From contig CAWFKQ010000005.1 of the NCBI GenBank assembly GCA_963816395.1, positions 32,001-96,000 on the forward strand: a DNA stretch of 64,000 nucleotides, given 5' to 3'. Shown piece after piece: positions 33,212 through 42,880 of the stretch; positions within the stretch are counted from its first letter, which is position 1, and every line of letters starts with the position of its first letter. A program made the translations under genes and the position numbers. The notes below the pieces were generated by a model. That model did not search any database. It worked only from the letters and a program-made list of their open reading frames with translations, and was not told where the DNA came from. Origin of the DNA: an uncultured delta proteobacterium (lineage in GTDB: Bacteria; Desulfobacterota; Desulfuromonadia; Desulfuromonadales; JACZKF01).

Positions 33212-33245
33212 CGGCACTCTCCGCTGTCGAGTGGGCATTCGAAAT

Positions 33246-35315
33246 TCACTTCTGAGCGGGGGACTGCTCTGCGAACGTGCGAACCAGCGGCGAATAGGGT
33301 GCCGGCCAGATCCCTTTGGCCACATTGGTGCCGTCGGTAAAAACCAGATAGCTGTATTTTCCATAGTGCGGGATTTTCCGCACGGCGACCGCCGCCGCGG
33401 CGCTGGAGCCGGGAAGAAAAAGCCCGCTTACCCGCCCGGCTTCGGCTGGATGGGGGAGGGCGGCGAAGAGAACGGCGCTATCCCCGGCGTAATGTTTCCC
33501 TTCCAGATCGAACTCCTGGCCTGCGACTGCCAGGCCGGCCGGCAGGGCAGGGCGCAGTTGCGGGTTGGTCGGCAGACCGAGATACAGCAGATCATGCCCC
33601 GCCAGGTCGGCAGGCGAGACCTCTTTTTCCGGACGCACCTTGACCTCCGCCTGCCCGAGCGCCGGTAGCAAAAGGCGGGCCGCCTGCAGGGTTTCGGACT
33701 GCATGCCGTCGGCCGCAATCGCCAGGAGAGAAGTTGAGCCACGCAGGGAATTGACAGTTGGCGGAATCTCCGCCAGTTCCAGCCGGCGGAAGATGTCCAC
33801 GTCCGGGTCGACGACCAGGCGCCCGGGCCGGCTGGTCGCTTCCAGTCGGAAAGGCGTCTTTTCCGTCGCGGAGGCGATCACCGCCAGCACCGGTACGGTT
33901 TCCGTTTCCAGCCGAAGCGGCACCTGGAGGACATAGTAGGGAGGTTCCTGGCAGAGATTTCCGCTCACCACCCAGAGCATTGCCGGACCTCTCCTGACGC
34001 ACCTCGGACAGGCTCAGCCGCGGTGCCCCGGCGCTATCGATCCATTGATGGAAGAAGGGGTGCAGATCCGACCCGCCGGCCTGGCCGAGGGCAGCGGCAA
34101 AATCCTCCCAGGCCGCCTGCTGAAACAGCTTTTCCCGCGCAACCTGCCGCAGACCCGTCCAGAACGCCTGGTCTCCCACCCGCTTGCGTGCCATATGAAA
34201 AACCATGGCGGCCTTGCCGTACCCGACCGCCTGTTGCGCCGCCGTGGTACGGCTGACGAATTCCGACAATGGGAAATCTTTCTCCGGCGGCACCAGGACG
34301 GCGTAGTCACGCAAAATCTTCAGCCGGTACTCGCGAGCTTCTTCCGGTCCCTCCTGTTCTTTGTACAAGTGATCGGCGACATAGGTGGTCAGCCCCTCGG
34401 ACCAGTTGCCCCGGGAGTAGTTCACCCATACCCCGTTTCCCCACCAGGAATGAGCGATCTCGTGCCCCAGGCTGGTCCGGACGATGAAAGGGAGTTGCAC
34501 CACCGTGCTGCCCAGAAGAGTCCAGGAGGGGAAGCCGTAGCCGGTGGGAAAAAAATTTTCCGCCACGGCGAACTTGGAAAAGGGATAAAAGCCAAACAGG
34601 TTGCGGTAAAGTTCAAGATAGTTTTTTGCCGCGGCCAGGTAGGTGCCGGCGAACTTTTCACTTTCCGGATAGAAAAAGGTATAGACCGGCACTTGGCCGG
34701 CATCCCCGGTCTGCACCCGATAATGCCCGGCGGCCAAGGCTAGCCCTCGCACCGGGTAATCGGCCTGCCAGGTCGCGCTTCCTGGGCTCTCCGCGATCCG
34801 CCTGCCGGAAGTGACCGCAGTCATATCCGGCGGAGTCTTCACTTCCAGCCGGAAGCTGGGGCGGCTTTCCGGAAGATCGGGATACCAGCCGGCATTCGCA
34901 TCCAAAAATGCGCCATCCGGGCCGATGGCGCCGGTAATCCCATAGCCCGGATCTTCCGTATTGAGAGGGTGAGCCGGTGGTACTTCGGCAAATGTGGCCC
35001 GGTAGCGGACCTCAACCGGGAATTCCTTGGCAGTTGCTGCCTGCAAGTCTACGATCAGAAAGCCCTGGCGGAAATTCCAATGGGCATCTCTGCCCCCGAT
35101 AGCTGACGCCGAGGACTTCAGCCGTGGGGGAAAGGGAAAGCGGAAGTTGAGAGCTGCCTTCCGGTTTTACGGTCAGGACGTCATGTCCTTCCAGGCGGTG
35201 TTCGCCGGGGATCAGGGTGAGCTTGAAGATCATGATGCGTTACGGTCGGCCCCGCCCAGGCGAAAGCTCCAGGCAGGAGGCAGAGAGTCAACATGAGGAT
35301 CAGGGGATTTTTCAT
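33246..35315 (-). CDS. Exported M1-family metalloaminopeptidase (several frameshifts)
   Basis: HEIAH + NWSEG zinc motif, YGKAAMVF; signal peptide MKNPLILML; pieces in several frames. Confidence 0.8.
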
Positions 35316-35452
35316 ATTTCCCATTATACCCGAGGGCGGGGAAATGCCAGGGTAAGAAACCAAAGGTATAATATAGTAAACCTTTTCTCGCCCGGCCCGT
35401 CTAAAGTTGGAAAGAGGAATCAAGGAGCTGGAGAGCAGGACAGGAGAGAATT

Positions 35453-35923
35453 ATGAAAAGGATTGGCATCGCTTTTCTGGTTGTGGCTTTTCTTCTCGGC
35501 GGTTGCGCCTCGCCGATGGGACCGAAAGAAACCGGCGGGACTCTCGTCGGCGCCGGGACCGGCGCCCTCATCGGTTCGCAGATTGGCGGCGGCCGCGGCA
35601 CCATGGTGGCAGTGGCGATCGGCACCCTGGCCGGAGCGCTGATCGGCCAGGGCGTCGGCCAGTCCCTTGACCGGGCCGATCAATTAGCCATGCAGCGCAA
35701 TGCCCAGTACGCCCTGGAAAACACCCGGACCAATGTTCCCACCACCTGGGTCAACCCCGACACCGGCAACTCGGGATCAATCACCCCGGTGGAGACCTAC
35801 CAGACCAGCAGCGGCCAGTACTGCCGGGAATATCAGCAGACGGTTTATGTCGGCGGTGAGAAGCAGCAGGCCTATGGTACCGCCTGCCGGCAGCCGGACG
35901 GTACCTGGAAGATCGTGAAGTAG
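35453..35923 (+). CDS. Glycine-zipper 17 kDa surface antigen-like lipoprotein
   Basis: Lipobox LGGC, glycine zipper, YCREYQQTV...AYGTACRQPDGTW. Confidence 0.88.
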   Translation: MKRIGIAFLVVAFLLGGCASPMGPKETGGTLVGAGTGALIGSQIGGGRGTMVAVAIGTLAGALIGQGVGQSLDRADQLAMQRNAQYALENTRTNVPTTWVNPDTGNSGSITPVETYQTSSGQYCREYQQTVYVGGEKQQAYGTACRQPDGTWKIVK

Positions 35924-35941
35924 CCGTTTACTGTACAGCCG

Positions 35942-35983
35942 AAAAAAGCTCAGGGGCGCCGATGGTGCCCCTGAGCTTTTTTT
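35942..35983. terminator. Intrinsic terminator
   Basis: AAAAAAGCTCAGGGGC...GCCCCTGAGCTTTTTTT. Confidence 0.85.
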
Positions 35984-36087
35984 TGGAAGGCGAGAGTGAA
36001 TCTTCCCGGCAGGGCGGCGTTTGTTTCGCCGATTCCCGGCAGCGAGCAGAGTCCCCCGGAAGAAGGCCGACAGCGGTGGGATTGACT

Positions 36088-36205
36088 GTTGGATATTCCA
36101 CAGGCAGTGGAGAATTTTCTCCTTATTCCAGCGCAGAGTGAAATTCTTGCTTCCATAAATTTCATGACTAAACGGGCACTTGGATACGTGGCATGAATTT
36201 GGAAT
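36088..36205 (+). promoter_or_regulatory. Tandem 14-bp palindromes + sigma54-like promoter (HMA/ABC operon)
   Basis: GTTGGATATTCCAC 36088, GGAGAATTTTCTCC 36109, TGGCATGAATTTGGAAT 36189. Confidence 0.55.
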
Positions 36206-36255
36206 GTCGGTCGGGAATAATCTCCTGTCTTTTTCTATTTCTTCCGGGGGGCCGC

Positions 36256-36651
36256 ATGCCGAAAAGAAGAATTGTCCTTACCTTGGCCATTGCCGGTTTA
36301 CTCACCCTTATCCTTGTAGCCGCTTTCGTCATTCCGGGTTCGGGCAGGGGAGGGAAGTATGACCGGGCCGAATTCGTGGTCGGAAATCTGAGTTGCAGTG
36401 GATGCATCCACAATGTCCGCCAGGCACTGGAACAGCTCCCCGGCATCGGCAGAACCGAAGTCGACGTGGCGATGGGGCGAGCGAGCGTGGAGTACGATCC
36501 AGGCAAAATACGGACCGAAACGATCGCCCGTGCAATCACCGCAGCCGGATATCCGGCAGTTCCTTCTCCGCCGTTGAAGTCGGCGGGAGCGCTCAGGAGG
36601 ACAAAGCCCTCCGGAGCCGAGGGCGGTTGCGGGGGGGCCTGTTGCCGCTGA
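36256..36651 (+). CDS. Membrane-anchored heavy-metal-associated (HMA) domain protein
   Basis: N-terminal TM, LSCSGC, AITAAGY, Cys-rich tail GCGGACC. Confidence 0.85.
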   Translation: MPKRRIVLTLAIAGLLTLILVAAFVIPGSGRGGKYDRAEFVVGNLSCSGCIHNVRQALEQLPGIGRTEVDVAMGRASVEYDPGKIRTETIARAITAAGYPAVPSPPLKSAGALRRTKPSGAEGGCGGACCR

Positions 36652-36690
36652 AATTTTGCGGGAGTTACTTTTCAACCAAGGGAGAAGAAA

Positions 36691-37205
36691 ATGACCGAAG
36701 ATCGTCAGAAGAAAAAGGCACAGTTCAAAAGCGGAGAGGGGAAAAAGGGCTTCACCGGGAAAATGGCTGCTCTGGCCTTGCTGGGGGTCGCCGTTGGCAT
36801 ATCTCTGACACTTTACATGGTGCTGAAACCGGGCGACGGCCCGCCCTCGTCAAGGTGGACCATGGGGCGGTGACCATCCCGCTGGCCGAGGTAAACGATG
36901 GCAAGGCGCACTTCTACCGCTATGTCAAGGAGGGAGACCAGGTTGATTTCTTCCTGCTCAAGAGCACTGACGGCATGTTAAGGGCCGCCTTCGATACCTG
37001 TGACGTCTGCTTCCGGGAGAAAAAGGGTTACCGCCAGGAAGGCGATTTCATGGTCTGCAACAACTGCAACCAGCAATTTCGTTCCGACCTGATCAATGAG
37101 ATCAAGGGCGGATGCAACCCGGCGCCGCTGAACCGATCATTGGCCGGGGACAAGGTAGTGATCGCCGAGGCGGACCTTGCCGGCGGCGGCTTCTACTTCC
37201 GTTGA
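36691..37205 (+). CDS. DUF2318 / Fe-S-type Cys-rich protein (frameshift near 36840)
   Basis: TM, then AFDTCDVC..GY.QEGDFMVCNNC...GGCNP. Confidence 0.8.
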
Positions 37206-37234
37206 CATTAACCCATTAGACGGCAGAAGCCCCA

Positions 37235-38392
37235 ATGAGACTGAGAACGATCGCCTTCAATAACCTGCGGCGACGCAAGTCGCGCTTCGCTTTCCTGGTG
37301 CTGGGGCTGATGGCTGGAATCGCCACAGTGGTCACCCTGCTTTCCCTGAGTTCGGCCCTGACGGCGGAGGCCGAGCATAAACTGGACAACTTCGGTGCCA
37401 ATATCCTGGTCACCCCGGCGACGGACGAACTGTCGCTTTCCTATGGTGGCATCAGCCTCGGCGGGGTGACCGTCGATGCGACGGAAATTCGGCAGGAGGA
37501 TCTGGCCCGCATCGGCACCATCCCGAACTGGCGCAATATTTCAGTGGTCGCGCCGAAAGTCCTGGGTGGCGTAATGATCGGGTCGTCGAGGGCATTGCTC
37601 ATGGGCGTCGACCCGGAGAAGGAATTCCGTCTCAAGCGCTGGTGGTCGGTCGAAGGGCGACCGCTCGCGCAAGATGACGAACTGGTCGCCGGCAGTACCG
37701 TTGCCCGCCGTTTCGGGCTGCACCCGGGGGATCGATTGGATCTGAAGGGAAAATCCTTCCGCATTACCGGTATTCTGCGGGAAACCGGCTCCCAGGACGA
37801 CGGACTGCTGCTGGCATCCCTTCCCGCCGCCCAGCGCCTGCTCGGCAAGGAAGGTACCGTTTCTCTGGTGGAAGTAGCGGCTCTCTGCGCCAACTGCCCG
37901 GTGGAAGATATGGTGCGGCAGATCGCCGCCGTTCTTCCTGGCGCCAAGGTCGGCGCCATTCAGCAGGTGGTAAAAACCCGCATGCACGCCCTCCAACAGT
38001 TCCGTCTTTTCTCTCTGGGAATCGCGGTAGTCGTTGTCCTCATCGGCTCCCTGGTGGTTTTCGTCACCATGATGGGCGCAGTGAAGGAGCGGACGCGGGA
38101 GATCGGCATCTTTCGCGCTCTCGGCTTCCGACGCGGTCACGTGGTGAGCCTGATTCTGCTGGAGGCTTCCTGGGCCAGCCTGCTCGCCGGTTTGCTCGGA
38201 TACCTGGCCGGGATGGGTGCGACCAGGGCGATCCTCCCCCTGCTGAGCGATGGGCATCCGCACCTGGCCTGGAGTGCTCCGCTTGCGGCTGGATCTCTCC
38301 TGCTGGCCCTGGTCGCGGGGACCATGGCTTCTTTGTATCCGGCTCTCCAGGCCAGCCGTCTTGACCCGACGGAGGCTCTGCGAGCATTATGA
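37235..38392 (+). CDS. MacB/FtsX-type ABC permease
   Basis: ERTREIGIFRALG, LDPTEALR; extracytoplasmic CANC motif. Confidence 0.88.
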   Translation: MRLRTIAFNNLRRRKSRFAFLVLGLMAGIATVVTLLSLSSALTAEAEHKLDNFGANILVTPATDELSLSYGGISLGGVTVDATEIRQEDLARIGTIPNWRNISVVAPKVLGGVMIGSSRALLMGVDPEKEFRLKRWWSVEGRPLAQDDELVAGSTVARRFGLHPGDRLDLKGKSFRITGILRETGSQDDGLLLASLPAAQRLLGKEGTVSLVEVAALCANCPVEDMVRQIAAVLPGAKVGAIQQVVKTRMHALQQFRLFSLGIAVVVVLIGSLVVFVTMMGAVKERTREIGIFRALGFRRGHVVSLILLEASWASLLAGLLGYLAGMGATRAILPLLSDGHPHLAWSAPLAAGSLLLALVAGTMASLYPALQASRLDPTEALRAL

Positions 38393-38458
38393 CCTGCGGC
38401 AGCTGTACGCCTTTGCCGTCACGCCATAGCCAAATATTTTCCAAATGTGAGGTTCTGA

Positions 38459-39163
38459 ATGCCCTTTATTGAGATCGACGGTCTGGAAAAAGCCTATGGC
38501 AGCACGGGAGAACGGGTGCACGCCCTAAAGGGCATTCATCTGCAGGTGGAGGAGGGAACGTTTCTGGGGGTCATGGGACAATCGGGATCCGGGAAAAGCA
38601 CCTTTCTTTCCATTCTCGGGGGCCTTTGTCATCCAACCGGCGGCACCGTGCGGGTGGACGGCATTGATCTCTACGCATTGGGCGGCGAGCGCCTTGCCGA
38701 TTTCCGCCGGGAATATCTCGGCTTCGTGTTCCAGGCTTTCAATCTTGTTCCCTATCTGACCGCCCTGGAAAACGTCATGCTGCCTCTCGCGGTGAAAAAG
38801 ATGCCGGCCAGTGAGAAGCAGGAGCGGGCCCGACTGGTCTTGGATCGGGTTGGCCTGGCCCCGCGGGGGAAACATCTCCCCAGTCAGCTTTCCGGCGGCG
38901 AGCAGGAACGGGTGGCGATCGCCCGCGCTTTGGTCAATAAACCGCCGCTCATCCTGGCGGACGAACCGACGGGCAGTCTCGATACCGAGACCTCCACCGA
39001 TATCATGGGGCTGCTCCGCCAGTTAAATGAAGAGGGGCAGACCATCGTCATGGTGACCCACAATCCAGAGAATCGTGGCTGGTTTCATCGAATTGTCCGT
39101 CTGCGGGACGGCCTGATAGACGGTGTGACTGACGCCGCAACACCTTTCTCCGCGGTGAGCTGA
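38459..39163 (+). CDS. ABC ATP-binding protein (LolD/MacB-like)
   Basis: GQSGSGKST, LSGGEQERV, LADEPTG. Confidence 0.92.
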   Translation: MPFIEIDGLEKAYGSTGERVHALKGIHLQVEEGTFLGVMGQSGSGKSTFLSILGGLCHPTGGTVRVDGIDLYALGGERLADFRREYLGFVFQAFNLVPYLTALENVMLPLAVKKMPASEKQERARLVLDRVGLAPRGKHLPSQLSGGEQERVAIARALVNKPPLILADEPTGSLDTETSTDIMGLLRQLNEEGQTIVMVTHNPENRGWFHRIVRLRDGLIDGVTDAATPFSAVS

Positions 39164-39170
39164 GGTATCG

Positions 39171-39428
39171 ATGATCCTGGTTTTTCTGGTCCTTTTCGCC
39201 TGGCTGGCCTGGGCCATTCTCGCTGAATTGGACGTGAAGAATGACGTTCCTGCACTTGCCGGCGGCGAATGCCCTGGTTGCCATCAGGCAGTAGCCGAGG
39301 ATTGGCTGCTTTGCCCCCGCTGCCGTACGCTGCTGCAGGCGACCTGCCGCAACTGCGGGCGCCCGTCGGACAGTCGCCGGCCCTTCTGCCCCTGGTGCGG
39401 CCGGCGGCATGCAGCGGAGGCATCATGA
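39171..39428 (+). CDS. Membrane-anchored double zinc-ribbon protein
   Basis: TM plus CPGC, CPRC, CRNC, CPWC. Confidence 0.75.
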   Translation: MILVFLVLFAWLAWAILAELDVKNDVPALAGGECPGCHQAVAEDWLLCPRCRTLLQATCRNCGRPSDSRRPFCPWCGRRHAAEAS

Positions 39429-39730
39429 AACGATTTTTCTTCTCCGCTCCGGCTGGTCTGACGCTGGTTGCGCTTACCTTCGCGGCGGTAGTTGTCTACA
39501 ACTCCTGGTCGTATTGCTGCGGGCGCTGCTCCCTGGAGGATTTTCTTATCCCGAGTCCAGGTGGATTGGCCCTGATGGCGGCGAACGGCGGCGCCCTTAT
39601 TGCTCTGGTCATTCTTCGCCGGCGACCGGCCCGCGGGTGGCGTCATTGCCAGTGCGGAGCTTCTCTCAATGGACAATGGTCTTTCTGCCCCGACTGCGGC
39701 CATCCGGTAGAGGGGGAAAATCTCCGCTAG
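39425..39730 (+). CDS. Two-TM protein with CCGRC loop and C-terminal zinc ribbon
   Basis: ATGA overlap with previous gene; YCCGRC, CQCG...FCPDCG. Confidence 0.7.
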   Translation: MKRFFFSAPAGLTLVALTFAAVVVYNSWSYCCGRCSLEDFLIPSPGGLALMAANGGALIALVILRRRPARGWRHCQCGASLNGQWSFCPDCGHPVEGENLR

Positions 39731-39747
39731 CCGACCGACTTCATGGT

Positions 39748-39864
39748 GAAGAATATTCTGCTCTCAGGTGTGCAATATCCTGCAGGAAAATTCTCCCTTT
39801 TATGGGCACTTACTCCAACCACACGGAACCACAGAGGTTAAAAAAAATGGCACGGAGTGTGAAT
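39748..39864 (+). promoter_or_regulatory. Tandem palindromes + sigma54-like promoter (cus operon)
   Basis: GAAGAATATTCTGC 39748, GTGCAATATCCTGC 39770, CAGGAAAATTCTCC 39783, TGGCACGGAGTGTGAAT 39848. Confidence 0.55.
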
Positions 39865-39954
39865 TAAAGGCGGAAGGCCGATGACGATGTTGTATATTGG
39901 ATGTTGAAATTCATTTATCTTAATAATTTCAACATCTAACCACAGGAGTTGAAC

Positions 39955-41263
39955 ATGCGTGCGAAATTCCGCATCTGTTTTTTTGTAATTATGCTGTTAT
40001 CTGTTCCCGGGCTGGTGCTGGCGGCGGAGGAGAGCGCCGTGAGGTCGGATCTGCAGGAGCTGATTGGCCGGGCGTCTGGCCGACAACCCGGACCTGCAGG
40101 CGGCCGAGGCCCGCTGGCGGATGAATGAACAGAAAGTCCCGCAGGCCGAGTCCCTCGAGGATCCGGTTTTTTCTCTCGGGCTGAACAACTATCCGGTCGA
40201 TACCCTGGACGGGGACCAGACGCCCATGACCGGCCGGGTGCTGCGTCTCAGCCAGAAATTCCCGTTTCCGGGAAAGCTGGCTCTGCGCGGCGAGATTGCC
40301 CGGGAGCAGGCCGAATGGTACCGCGCCGCCTACCAGGATACCCGACTGCAGTTGGTACGCATGGTCAAGGAGGTCTACTACAATCTCTATTTCTACGATC
40401 AGGGGATCGAGGTCATCGCGAAGAACATTAAACTTCTTGACGACTTCATCCACCTGACTGAGACGAAATACAAGGTCGGTACCGGACTGCAGCAGGATGT
40501 GCTGAAGGCCCAGGTCGAGCGTTCCAAGCTGATGGACCGCCTGTTCACTCTCCGCCAGCAGCGCCAGAGCGCCCAGGCCAACCTGAATTCCCTGCTCGCC
40601 CGGCCGACCGGCACCGGCATCCCGGCGCCGACTGAGCTGCAAGTGCAGGCGGTCGCTCTCACCCTGGATGCGCTGCAGGAAAAGTCCAGTACCGAGCGCC
40701 CCATGTACGCCGCCTATACCTCCCTGGTGAACAAGTATCAGGCGCAGAAGAAGCTGGCGGAGAAGGATTTTCTGCCCGACTTCAGCGTCGGCGCCGCCTA
40801 TACCATCCGCCGGGAGAACATGGTGGATGATGGTACCGATTTCGTCGGTCTGGAATTCAGCATGAATCTTCCCATCTACCGGCAGAAGCGGCATGCAGCG
40901 GTGGCGGAAGCCGAATCCGGCGTCCGCATGGCCTTGCAGCAGTACGATAATTTCCGCAGCCAGGTCTACTACAATATTCACGACACCTATGCGAAGATGG
41001 AAAAAAACGGAAACCTTATCCGCCTCTACAAGTCCGGAATTATTCCCCAGGCCAACCAGGCTTTCCAATCGGCGGTCAGTGCCTACCAGGTCGGAAAGGT
41101 CGATTTTCTCTCTCTGCTGGACAGCCTGCTGACCCTCTACCGCTACGATCTGGAATACTACCGGGTCGTCGCCGATTACGAGCGCGATATCGCCCGGTTG
41201 GAGAGTGAATCCGGGGTTGAAATCGGCCCGCCGGCCGGAGCCGGGATGCCGGTCAACCGTTAA
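39955..41263 (+). CDS. TolC/CusC-family outer membrane efflux protein (frameshift near 40075)
   Basis: Signal peptide from ATG 39955, then NPDLQAAEAR, SQKFPFPGKL, AYQVGKVDFL. Confidence 0.85.
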
Positions 41264-41283
41264 CCTTTGCTGGAAGTAGGTCC

Positions 41284-42801
41284 ATGACCCGACGTGAAAA
41301 ATCGTTTCTCGCCCTCATCCTTATCCTTGCCTTCGCCCTGGCGGGTGTCTCCTGGCAGTCCCTGCGCTCCCCTGCGGGGAGCCTGGAACCGGCGGCAATC
41401 GCCGCCGGTCCGGAGCAGAAAGCCGGGGAAAAGACTCAGTACACCTGCGGCATGCATCCATTCGTCATTCAGGATGAGCCGGGGAACTGCCCGATCTGTG
41501 GCATGAAGTTGACCCCTCTGAAGGCCGATACAGCCGGCGGGGCAGGGGAGAAGACCGCACCTTCCGGGGAGCGGAAGATCAAATACTGGCGCGCGCCGAT
41601 GGACCCCACCTATATTCGCAGTGAGCCGGGCAAATCGCCGATGGGGATGGATCTCATCCCGGTCTACGAGGATGAGGCGGCGGGTGGATCGGTTATCAAG
41701 ATCGATCCGGTCACGGTTCAGAACATGGGAATCAGCACCGCCAAGGTGGAGCAGAAGGATCTGCATCGGGACCTGCGGGCGGTGGGGCAGGTCGCTTACG
41801 ATGAGGCCCGACAATATTCGATCAACAGCAAGATCAGCGGCTGGGTCGAAAAACTGTATGTCAACGAAACCGGCCAGTTCGTGAAGAAAGGCGATCCCCT
41901 GCTCTCCATCTACAGCCCCGACCTGGTCAGCGCCCAGGAGGAATACCTGCTGGCGCTCAGGAACAAAAAGACTCTCGCCAAAAGCGATTTCGCCCAGATT
42001 GCCGAAGGCGCCGACAGCCTGCTGGAAGCCTCCCGCAGCCGGCTGAAATACTGGGATATTTCCTCCCGGCAGATCGCCGAACTGGAAAAGACCGGCAAAG
42101 TCCGCAAGGACATGACTCTGTACGCACCCTACGACGGGATCGTCACCGCCAAGATGGTGAACGAAGGGATGAACGTCAAGTCCGGCATGGAGCTGTTCAA
42201 GTTCTCCGATATTTCCAAGATCTGGGTCTATGCCGACATCTATGAATACGAACTACCCTGGGTGAAACTGGGCCAGGAGGCGGTGGTCGAATTCCCCTAC
42301 GGCGATATGAAAGAGCTGAGCGGGAAGGTGAGCTATATCTACCCTTATGTCGATCCGAAGACCCGGACAGTCAGGGTCCGGCTGGCGTTTCCCAATGCCG
42401 GCTATCAGTTGAAACCCGATTTTTACGTCAACGTTCAACTAAAAACCCAGGCGGTCAAGAACGCCCTGGTCATTCCACGCAACGCCGTCCTCTATTCGGG
42501 CGACAAGCGTACCGTCTTCGTCGCCCTCGGGGGCGGCAAGTTCGAGCCGCGCCAGATCAAAATCGGGGTGGAGGGCGACCAGGGCTTAGTGCAGATCAAG
42601 CAGGGTCTGCTCGCCGGGGAAGAGGTCGTGACCTCGGCCCAGTTCATGCTCGACTCGGAGAGCCAGTTGCGCGAGGCGATCCAGAAGATGACGGAACCGA
42701 ATAATCCATCCGTACAGGCGAAGGCGGACACGACCGAGGCCCCGTCCCCGAAGGGAGGCAAGGGGCAGAAGAAGGAAAATCTGGACGATCTGTTCAAATA
42801 A
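41284..42801 (+). CDS. cusB: CusB-family RND periplasmic adaptor with heavy-metal-binding domains
   Basis: YTCGMHP..CPICGM, APMDP..PGKSPMGMDL, IYSPDLVSAQEEYL, FMLDSES. Confidence 0.88.
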   Translation: MTRREKSFLALILILAFALAGVSWQSLRSPAGSLEPAAIAAGPEQKAGEKTQYTCGMHPFVIQDEPGNCPICGMKLTPLKADTAGGAGEKTAPSGERKIKYWRAPMDPTYIRSEPGKSPMGMDLIPVYEDEAAGGSVIKIDPVTVQNMGISTAKVEQKDLHRDLRAVGQVAYDEARQYSINSKISGWVEKLYVNETGQFVKKGDPLLSIYSPDLVSAQEEYLLALRNKKTLAKSDFAQIAEGADSLLEASRSRLKYWDISSRQIAELEKTGKVRKDMTLYAPYDGIVTAKMVNEGMNVKSGMELFKFSDISKIWVYADIYEYELPWVKLGQEAVVEFPYGDMKELSGKVSYIYPYVDPKTRTVRVRLAFPNAGYQLKPDFYVNVQLKTQAVKNALVIPRNAVLYSGDKRTVFVALGGGKFEPRQIKIGVEGDQGLVQIKQGLLAGEEVVTSAQFMLDSESQLREAIQKMTEPNNPSVQAKADTTEAPSPKGGKGQKKENLDDLFK

Positions 42802-42880
42802 ACCAGGCTAGAGGCACGAGGCAAGAGGGGAACCCTCCAGCCTATAGCCTCTTGCCTCTTGCCTGAATCCTGGATTTCTC

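Noticed and set aside
36630..36690. Selenocysteine read-through at the TGA after GCGGACCR
   Set aside because: No SECIS-like hairpin or coding continuation is evident, and the next gene's SD follows shortly.
39270..39285. CPGCH as a heme c motif
   Set aside because: It is the first of four CxxC knuckles of a double zinc ribbon.
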